Positions 6,521 through 13,252 of a DNA stretch of 13,252 nucleotides are shown here, piece after piece; position 1 is the stretch's first letter, and each line of letters starts with the position of its first letter. Source of the stretch: Polyangiales bacterium (GTDB taxonomy: Bacteria > Myxococcota_A > Polyangia > Polyangiales > Houyiibacteriaceae); the NCBI GenBank assembly GCA_045106895.1, contig JBGCFM010000278.1, positions 1-13,252 on the forward strand. Reading direction: 5' to 3'. The notes under the pieces are model-generated. The model saw only the letters and a program-made list of their open reading frames with translations, had not been told where the DNA came from and searched no databases. The translations under genes were made by a program, and so were the position numbers.

Positions 6521-6737
6521 TCGTACACAAGGCGCTTTCAAGGCGAAGAAAGGTTTTCCACAGAAACAACACAGACCTGGGGGAAACTCTGGTCATTCTG
6601 GGGATCACGTGTGATCCCCTCCGCACTTCGATCACAGGCATGAACCCGGAATCATTGACGAAAATGCAATTGACGCACTGTGTAAAAGTCGCTGTACGCT
6701 GAGAGGACTCCTTGGGGAGACTGGCTTCTGTGGAGAA
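6521..6737. other. Cluster of DnaA-box-like 9-mers
   Basis: Against TTWTNCACA: exact at 6554-6562 (+, TTTTCCACA) and 6679-6687 (-, TTTTACACA); 1 mismatch at 6729-6737 (-, TTCTCCACA); 2 mismatches at 6521-6529 (+), 6578-6586 (-) and 6599-6607 (-). Confidence 0.5.
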
Positions 6738-6824
6738 ACGCTCCTCGGTATTCCGCTCACCGGAGCTGTCGGCCTCTCCCGCGAGTTACTAGCGAATTGC
6801 AGGTTGATTCCGTACAACCAGTGT

Positions 6825-7466
6825 ATGGCTGACATCGGAAAACTCGCAAAAACCTACGAGGCGGGACACGTGCTCTTTCGCGATGGCGACCCAGGAGACG
6901 TGATGTACGTCATTCAAACTGGGCGAGTGCGCATCTTTACCGAGGTGAAAGACCAGCACAAACAGCTCGCCATCCTAGGTCCTGGCGACTTCTTTGGGGA
7001 GATGGCCATCCTCAATGACAAGCCGCGAAACGCGAGCGCTGAAGTGGTGGAGCCCGCCCAGATGCTCGCCATCAACGGCCGCACCTTGGGCGCTATGATC
7101 TCAAGCAACGCGGAGATCGCCGTGCGCCTCATCCGTCGCCTCGCGCGACGTCTCGACAGCGCCAACACGCTCATCGATCTGCTCATGCACCGCGACCCCA
7201 AGGCGCGCGTGATTCTGGGTCTCTCCCACGAAGCAGAGTTCAACGGGCAACCCGCCGACGACGGCTCTCTCTTTGTTCCCGTAACCGTCGATGCACTGGC
7301 GAACCAGGTGGGCCTGAGCATCGAAGAAGTGCAGGCCGTCATTCAACGTCTCTCGCGACTCGGCATCGCCGAAGCGCAAGACGAAGGCTTCCGAATCAAA
7401 GACCGAATGCGTCTCCACGAGTTCCTCGACTTCTTGCAGATGCGTGAGAAGTTCGGCGAGGAATAG
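6825..7466 (+). CDS. Crp/Fnr family regulator: cyclic-nucleotide-binding domain plus C-terminal winged helix (213 aa)
   Basis: LFRDGDPGDVMYVIQTGRVRI...LGPGDFFGEMAIL...PRNASA is a cNMP domain; VTVDALANQVGLSIEEVQAVIQRLSRLGI is HTH-like. ATG 6825 preferred over TTG 6804. Confidence 0.92.
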   Translation: MADIGKLAKTYEAGHVLFRDGDPGDVMYVIQTGRVRIFTEVKDQHKQLAILGPGDFFGEMAILNDKPRNASAEVVEPAQMLAINGRTLGAMISSNAEIAVRLIRRLARRLDSANTLIDLLMHRDPKARVILGLSHEAEFNGQPADDGSLFVPVTVDALANQVGLSIEEVQAVIQRLSRLGIAEAQDEGFRIKDRMRLHEFLDFLQMREKFGEE

Positions 7467-7488
7467 CGCGCGACGCGGAGGCGTGTCG

Positions 7489-8022
7489 CTACGCGGGCGC
7501 GTTCGTCAACGCCAGGATGTTGAGCACCGCTGCGCCCGCCCAGAACGGAGCGAAGAGTATGCCCACGTGCCGACCGTGCCGAGAGACGCGAGGATGGCGG
7601 CCAAGTCCAGGAATGCCCGCGTGATTGGCGTTCACGAGTGTGAAGAGAACGGACATCACGGCGAACATCAAGTGCAAGGGCGCACGACCGTCGAGGGAGA
7701 GCCCAAGTCCATAGATGACGCCCGCGACCATGGACAGAAAGGCGATGCCACCCTGCCGTTGCTCGAAGAGCATAATAAACAGATAGTCATCTGCGGCCGT
7801 GGGCTTGTTTTCGGGTCCAGCTTCGCGCGCCGCGTCGAGCATTGTGATCTGCTCTTCGTAGGTCAATGACAACTCCGCCCGCGGGCGTCCCGGCCCAAAG
7901 AAGGGCAGGACGAAGTTGACGATCCAGCGCGAGAGCATCGGGGACACCATCTCGGCAGCATGCAAGAGTCCAGGAGCCAGACAGAGAAGAAGACCAAGGG
8001 TTGAGATCAGGGTGTCGTTCAT
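7489..8022 (-). CDS. Hypothetical integral membrane protein (177 aa, about 4 hydrophobic segments)
   Basis: ATG start, several TM-like stretches, fills the gap between Crp and the divergent XRE regulator. Confidence 0.75.
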   Translation of the reverse strand: MNDTLISTLGLLLCLAPGLLHAAEMVSPMLSRWIVNFVLPFFGPGRPRAELSLTYEEQITMLDAAREAGPENKPTAADDYLFIMLFEQRQGGIAFLSMVAGVIYGLGLSLDGRAPLHLMFAVMSVLFTLVNANHAGIPGLGRHPRVSRHGRHVGILFAPFWAGAAVLNILALTNAPA

Positions 8023-8097
8023 GGGTTCACCGAGCGGGTTTTGGTGTTGTTGCGGGACATTCCGCGGCTGCTAACTTAGCCGGAGGGGGAATGGCGT

Positions 8098-8118
8098 CTA
8101 TTCCCTTCGAGGGAATAG
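8098..8118. promoter_or_regulatory. Palindromic operator, probably bound by the adjacent XRE regulator
   Basis: CTATTCCCT-TCG-AGGGAATAG, perfect 9-bp arms, between divergent genes. A related half-site GGGGAATGG lies just upstream (6-12 bp away, about 8086-8094). Confidence 0.6.
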
Positions 8119-8123
8119 GTGAC

Positions 8124-8897
8124 ATGATGAGCGAACCTTTTGGAGAAGCGCTTCGCGCCGTGAGACGTGATCTTGGGCTCACCCAGGAGGCCGTGGCCCA
8201 TGCCGTAGGCACGACCCAGCGCCATGTTTCGTTTCTGGAGACCGGCCGGTCCGAGCCGACGCGGGCGATGCTTGGCCGCCTGGTCGCAAGCCTTGGACTC
8301 ACCGCGTCGAACCGCGCGGCACTCTTCGCCGCCTCGGGTTTCCGCAATCCTTATCCGCCTCGCTCCCTCGAAGGTGCGGAGCTGCAGGCCACGCTCGATC
8401 TCATGTCACGACAAGTGCTCCGCCATTGGCCCTTTCCAGCCTTCGTGGTCGACCGCGACTGGAATTTCCTGCGCACCAATGATGCTGGTGCGCGCATGAT
8501 CGCTTCCTTCGGAGGCGTGTCCAATATGCACGCACTCTTTCTGTCTCCCGCGTTCAGCGCGCTCGTGACCAACTGGGAACAGGCCAGTAGCAGCTTCTAT
8601 ACGCGGATCCAAGAGGTGGCGCGCAGGTCACCGGCCGTCCGAGCAGTGCTTAAAGTCGCCGTAGAAGACGGGCGCTTCGATCACGTGGCCAGCGTACTCG
8701 GTGGCACAGAGGAGGTGCCGGTATACGTGCCCATCGAGGTAGAGCTTCCCGACGGTTCCCGCATGCGCTTCACCCCGATGCATGGACGATGGGCCGCCGT
8801 GCATGACGCCGTGGCGGAGCAGTTCGAGGTGGAGTTTCTCGTTCCCCTCGACGAAGCGTCCGAGGCGGTTGTCGCAGCGGCGTTCGGCGAGGGGTAG
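8124..8897 (+). CDS. XRE-family HTH regulator with MmyB/MltR-like PAS ligand-binding domain (about 257 aa)
   Basis: FGEALRAVRRDLGLTQEAVAHAVGTTQRHVSFLETGRSEPTRAML is an XRE HTH, followed by LF-ASGF and PFPAFVVDRDWNFLRTN...VTNWE, typical of MmyB-like regulators. Start at ATG 8124 or 8127. Confidence 0.9.
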   Translation: MMSEPFGEALRAVRRDLGLTQEAVAHAVGTTQRHVSFLETGRSEPTRAMLGRLVASLGLTASNRAALFAASGFRNPYPPRSLEGAELQATLDLMSRQVLRHWPFPAFVVDRDWNFLRTNDAGARMIASFGGVSNMHALFLSPAFSALVTNWEQASSSFYTRIQEVARRSPAVRAVLKVAVEDGRFDHVASVLGGTEEVPVYVPIEVELPDGSRMRFTPMHGRWAAVHDAVAEQFEVEFLVPLDEASEAVVAAAFGEG

Positions 8898-9023
8898 ATC
8901 GAGGCTTCATGCCTCCGTCGCGTGCGGCCGCGACATTCTGGCATCATGGCGGCGGACAGAACGGCGCTCTTTTCGATGAAGCCGTGCACCCACGTCCGGC
9001 CCTGATGTTGCAAACACCGCCGC

Positions 9024-9638
9024 ATGAACGACACAACCTTCGCCTACCGAGCGCTCGCAGGTGTTCTCCTCCTCGGCGCCCTGGCGTACACCGAGTGGCG
9101 CAAACATCGACAGCTCTCGCGCCTTCGCGAGTACGCGTTTCTCTTCGCCACAGCGGGCCTTGCCGTCGCTTATGCCGTCGTCCACGACATCATCACCTTC
9201 GCCCTCGCGCCGGAGTACTTTTTCGTCCTCAAAGACGTCGCCGGCGACACCTTCTTTCCCAACGTCGCGTGGCTCGCTGCGCGTGCCGGCTGGACCGCGG
9301 GCTTGGCCATTGGTCTAGGCCTGCTCATCGCAAACAACCCCGGACGCCGCGAGCAGCTCTCGTATGCCGCCCTTGCGCAGCACATCCGCTTTCCGCTTGT
9401 CTGGTCCCTTGCGGCGGCCATCGGCGGCGGGCTCTACGCCCGCTACTGGATGCCGGGCGCGCTAAGCGGTTGGGGTCTTGAGCACCCCCTCGCCGTCGTC
9501 ACGGTCTGGGGGATTCACATCGGCAGCTACGTCGGCGCGCTCCTCGGCCTCGCCCACGGCTGCTTCCGCGTGCTTAGAGCTCGTGCAGACTTCGCAGCTT
9601 GTTATCCACTCGATGCATCAAGTCCATTAGCTGGATGA
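9024..9638 (+). CDS. Hypothetical integral membrane protein (204 aa, about 5 TM segments)
   Basis: ATG start, GC-rich third codon positions, hydrophobic segments, motifs VHDIIT--LAPEYF and WGIHIGSY-G. Confidence 0.8.
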   Translation: MNDTTFAYRALAGVLLLGALAYTEWRKHRQLSRLREYAFLFATAGLAVAYAVVHDIITFALAPEYFFVLKDVAGDTFFPNVAWLAARAGWTAGLAIGLGLLIANNPGRREQLSYAALAQHIRFPLVWSLAAAIGGGLYARYWMPGALSGWGLEHPLAVVTVWGIHIGSYVGALLGLAHGCFRVLRARADFAACYPLDASSPLAG

Positions 9639-12600
9639 TGTGGTTGTGGAGCTCCTTCGAATCCGAGAGGTCCTGGCTCGCCTTCTTCGCCAAAGGCACC
9701 AATGACTCTTCGACGATGCGAATCTGCTCCGCGAGCATGGCGCTGACGTTCTCGTCGACGCTTGCCGCGGTCTGCCCGCTCGGCACACCTTCGACATGAA
9801 TGACGCGTGGCTCACGCAGAGCCTGGAGCGCCTGCTGAAGCTCACCGATACGTGGCGTCAGCGTGCGGAGAAGCTCGTTCTGCAGCTGCTGCGCTTCGGA
9901 GTCGGGCTGCGTCTCCAGGGGGACGGGCGCCACGTCGTTGGCGCGAAGTGAATCCACAGATTCCGCCATGGCAGCGCGTAGGTCCTTGCCGAGACTTGAG
10001 AGCGTTCCAGTGACACGAGTGACAGGGTCGTCTTCGGCTCCGCCCATAGCCTTCTGCCGTCGGTACTCTTCTTTGATCTCCTCCCAGCGTTTCGCTTCGT
10101 CTTCACTCAGTCGTCCGCGCATCTCCGAGAGCTTGAGGCGGTTCTGTTCCGCGCCGCTCGTCAGCGTCTGTGACTCAGCGTTGTAGTGGTCGTCGATGAG
10201 CTGCTCCAGCTCGTCTTCGTTCATCGCGCTCGCCACCTTCTCCGCGAGCTTGTTCATGTCTCGGTAGCTGCCCTGCAACTTGAAGGGAGGCTCCGTGCGG
10301 AAGCTGTCTTCCTGCGACGCGGAGTCGATGTACTGCCGATTCACTTGAAGGAGGACGTCCCGAACCTTCGTCAGGCGCGCGAATACGGCCTTCATCTCGT
10401 TCAGCTCTGCGCCGGAATAGTCGTGGCTTAGGTCGGACGTCGGCACGTCTTGGCCCGTCGACATCTTGATGATCTTGTACACGTCGCTCTGCTCACGCGC
10501 GGAGAGCGGCGCGAGGACACGGTTCGAAGAGAGCGCGTTCTCGAGGTAGCTCATGGCGAACTGCTCTTCGCGTCCGCTGAGCACATCGCCGAGGTTGTAC
10601 ACGTCCGCGCGGTTGCTCAGCATATCGGGGATCTGAAAGCGCTCGCCGCTCTCCGTGTAGGGGTTACCCGCCATCACGACACAGAACTTCTTCCCGCGTA
10701 GATCGTAGGTCTTGGTCTTGCCTTTCCATACGCCTTCGACGCGTCGTTGAGCGTCGCAGAGCGAGATGAACTTCTGCAAAAGCTCTGGGTGCGTGTGCTG
10801 GATATCGTCCAGGTAGAGCATCACGTTGTTGCCCATCTCGAAGGCCAGGTTGATCTTCTCGACCTCCTGTCGCGCCGTCGCGTTGGGCGCCTCGGTGGGG
10901 TCCAGGGAATGAACGCTATGCCCAAGCGCCGGCCCGTTCACCTTCATGAACACGAGGCCGAGGCGGTTGGCGACGTACTCCATGAGCGTCGTCTTGCCGT
11001 AGCCTGGTGGGGAGATGAGCAAGAGAAGTCCCATCAGGTCCGAGCGCTTCTCGTTTCCTGCGGCACCGATCTGTTTCGCCAAGTTGTCGCCGACGAGGGG
11101 CAGATATACCTCGTTCACAAGACGATTGCGGACGAAGGCGCTCATGACTTTCGGGCGGAACTCTTCGAGTCGCAGCGTCTCGCGCGTTGTCGCGAGCAGG
11201 TCGTGCCGGACGCGACGATACGCTTTGTAGGCCGGCACTCGTTCGTTTTGAAACGTCTCCAGACGCCCCAAGAACTCATCGAGGCGGATCACGAGAGACT
11301 GGTCTGTGATACGCGCGTGCTGCCCAAGAAGTCCATCGACGCTCAGCGTCGTGAGCGCATCGCTCGGGTTTCGGTCCAGCTTTTCACTGAGCAGAAGCGC
11401 CGTCGCCTCCGTCGCTGAGTGTGCGCGCGCGGATACTTCATCGCCACCGCTTCGTACGAAGCCATCCATCCACGCGCTCGCCAAGGCAAACTGCGCCGCG
11501 GGAGAGCTCTGAAGAGCGCTGATGTCGTCCTCAAAAGCGCGCCGAGAGCCCGCGCTCTCCAATGCCGCGAGGAGCTCATCCTTGAGCCAGACGGCGTCGC
11601 GGCTCGTGGTGAATCGCGGCCGCTCTTCGGCGAGCTCCTGCGTCAGATAGTGACCGGCGACCTCCGCATTCTGGGCGCTGAAATCCAGGTTGTGCTCTGT
11701 GCGAAACGCGTCGATGGCGCCGCCAAGCTCTTCCCCAAAACGGAGCTGCTCGTGGGTGGAACCAAAGGCCTTGTGAAGTCTGCCGAAGCTCGCCGCTCGT
11801 CGTGCGAGACCGCTCTGTTCCTCGCTGTGAGTCCGCGACCAGTAGATCCATGCGAGGGCGCGAGCGCTCGAGGCGTAGCGAAGCAAACCGCCGGACTCCC
11901 GTGCGAGGAGAAGCCGGTCGAGAATGCGCGCCGCGTCTGCGTCATGGACGCCGCCTTCGTAGCCCTCGTCGTAGCGACCGGCGGCGACCTTGCTGACGAG
12001 CGCGCGGAGACCGCCGTCATCTCGCTGCGCTGCGCGAAGCGCTTCAAGCGAGAGCGCGCCGTGGCCCGACTCGGCCTCGAAGAGCACCGTCGCGGCGAGG
12101 TACTCAGCTCGATACACATCTTCGTTCTCGGAGACGATTTGCTGCGTCCAGAAGGCCCTGGTCTTGCCAAACTCTTCGTCGTCGACGGTCTCGTAGAAGT
12201 CTGTCCCCGTCAGATGAAACGCCAGCGTGTCGCCGCGAGGCACCAAGGCCAGGTCGAGGCTCTGCTCGTTCACGCTGAAGCGATGTTTGCCCAGCTTGAT
12301 GAGGTTGCCGTCTTCGAAGAGCTCTAGGCGGTCGCGCAATCCGCGGATGGAGTCCTGGCGAATAGCCTTGAGGCGCGCTTCCACGTCGTCGGCCTTCACC
12401 GAATCGCCGAGCTCTCGCAGACTCTCGACGAGCTGCCTAAGCTTCATGACCATGGGGTCGGCGGCGAGGTAGGCGTTGAGCTCGTCGGCGCTTTCCATCT
12501 TGCGCGAACGTCGCTCGACGCCATCCACGATTCGGCCGGCTGCCTTCATCAAGTTCTCAGCACGACGCTGCTGTGCCTCCACGAGAGTCTGCCGCTTGGC

Positions 12601-13252
12601 ACTGAAGGCGTCGTAGATCTCCTCGCGCTTCGTTGCGATCTCTTCGAGGAACTCATCGAACTCGGAGAAGCGAGCTTCCAGCTCTTCGAGCTGCACCATG
12701 AGGCGCGCGCGCTCTTCGTCGACGCGGTCCGGCGTAGACGCCATGGAGAGCGCGCTCGTCACGCTCTGCGCAAGGAGACTTAGCTGCGCTGCAAACTCAG
12801 CGCCGCCTTCGGTTTTGAGCAGCGCGCGACGCTTCTGCGTAAGCGCCGCCCGGAGCTGATTGAGCTGCGCGAAGACGTGACTGATGGTCTCAAGAATCGA
12901 CGTCCTCGAAGTCGCGTCGTCCACCTCGAGGCCCGAGACGACTTCGCTGATGAGCGCGAGGCCCTCACTCACCTCTTCGGCATGTTCGATGATGGGATTG
13001 AGCTCCGCGACGCGCTGGTCCGCGTCCGAGGAGGCCAAACACTCGCTGAGCTCTCGGGTGATGGGCGCGAAGGCGTCGTCGCCGAGCAAGAAGCGCACGC
13101 AGTCGCGGCTGACCTTGTCGAACTGTTCGACGACCTGTTCTTCACGCGCTTCGAGGATGTCGCCGTCGATGTAGCGCGTGTCCTTGAGCGTGATGAGGTG
13201 CCCGCGCTGACGACGCAGAGCGCTCAGGAGCGCCATGTACTCGCTGACGGAG
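9574..13252 (-). CDS. Large AAA-family ATPase ('DNA repair ATPase', DUF3686-type), N-terminus outside the window
   Basis: Frame is open to the window edge (...SVSEYMALLSAL...). Long helical/coiled-coil region, Walker A LLLISPPGYGKTT, Walker B MLYLDDIQH, sensor-like MAGNPY, and L-NR arginine-finger region. Confidence 0.88.
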   Translation of the reverse strand, partial: SVSEYMALLSALRRQRGHLITLKDTRYIDGDILEAREEQVVEQFDKVSRDCVRFLLGDDAFAPITRELSECLASSDADQRVAELNPIIEHAEEVSEGLALISEVVSGLEVDDATSRTSILETISHVFAQLNQLRAALTQKRRALLKTEGGAEFAAQLSLLAQSVTSALSMASTPDRVDEERARLMVQLEELEARFSEFDEFLEEIATKREEIYDAFSAKRQTLVEAQQRRAENLMKAAGRIVDGVERRSRKMESADELNAYLAADPMVMKLRQLVESLRELGDSVKADDVEARLKAIRQDSIRGLRDRLELFEDGNLIKLGKHRFSVNEQSLDLALVPRGDTLAFHLTGTDFYETVDDEEFGKTRAFWTQQIVSENEDVYRAEYLAATVLFEAESGHGALSLEALRAAQRDDGGLRALVSKVAAGRYDEGYEGGVHDADAARILDRLLLARESGGLLRYASSARALAWIYWSRTHSEEQSGLARRAASFGRLHKAFGSTHEQLRFGEELGGAIDAFRTEHNLDFSAQNAEVAGHYLTQELAEERPRFTTSRDAVWLKDELLAALESAGSRRAFEDDISALQSSPAAQFALASAWMDGFVRSGGDEVSARAHSATEATALLLSEKLDRNPSDALTTLSVDGLLGQHARITDQSLVIRLDEFLGRLETFQNERVPAYKAYRRVRHDLLATTRETLRLEEFRPKVMSAFVRNRLVNEVYLPLVGDNLAKQIGAAGNEKRSDLMGLLLLISPPGYGKTTLMEYVANRLGLVFMKVNGPALGHSVHSLDPTEAPNATARQEVEKINLAFEMGNNVMLYLDDIQHTHPELLQKFISLCDAQRRVEGVWKGKTKTYDLRGKKFCVVMAGNPYTESGERFQIPDMLSNRADVYNLGDVLSGREEQFAMSYLENALSSNRVLAPLSAREQSDVYKIIKMSTGQDVPTSDLSHDYSGAELNEMKAVFARLTKVRDVLLQVNRQYIDSASQEDSFRTEPPFKLQGSYRDMNKLAEKVASAMNEDELEQLIDDHYNAESQTLTSGAEQNRLKLSEMRGRLSEDEAKRWEEIKEEYRRQKAMGGAEDDPVTRVTGTLSSLGKDLRAAMAESVDSLRANDVAPVPLETQPDSEAQQLQNELLRTLTPRIGELQQALQALREPRVIHVEGVPSGQTAASVDENVSAMLAEQIRIVEESLVPLAKKASQDLSDSKELHNHIIQLMDLMHRVDNKLRSLHEL

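Noticed and set aside
6610..6636. TGTGA...TCACA as a CRP box
   Set aside because: Spacer is 17 nt, not 6.
592..13174. Many long alternative ORFs (e.g. 592..1590, 2936..3886, 4875..6056, 11419..12327)
   Set aside because: Antisense or off-frame shadows of better-supported genes, expected at high GC.
1..13252. CRISPR array, IS/transposase, integrase, tRNA or rRNA
   Set aside because: No regularly spaced direct repeats, terminal inverted repeats, recombinase motifs or stable-RNA signatures seen by eye.

Overview
GC-rich bacterial chromosomal window. Gene content and protein style (Cys/Asp-rich lipoproteins with DAG linkers, Kazal and MopE-like repeats, a Crp protein) suggest a myxobacterium; this is inference. 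Left to right: partial tag DNA glycosylase (-, absent from the ORF track), membrane-anchored hypothetical protein (-), two-Kazal-domain lipoprotein (+), complete lipoxygenase (+), MopE-repeat/C-type-lectin lipoprotein (-), a ~740 bp non-coding region, Crp/Fnr regulator (+), membrane protein (-) divergent from an XRE/MmyB-like regulator (+), membrane protein (+), and the C-terminal ~1226 codons of a large AAA 'DNA repair ATPase' (-). The most interesting part is 6084-6824. It holds a candidate ~335-nt structured non-coding RNA on the minus strand (sigma70-like promoter, a chain of hairpins whose G-U wobbles form only on the minus strand, intrinsic terminator) next to a DnaA-box cluster. Several genes also look leaderless. 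No CRISPR, mobile element, tRNA or rRNA was seen.
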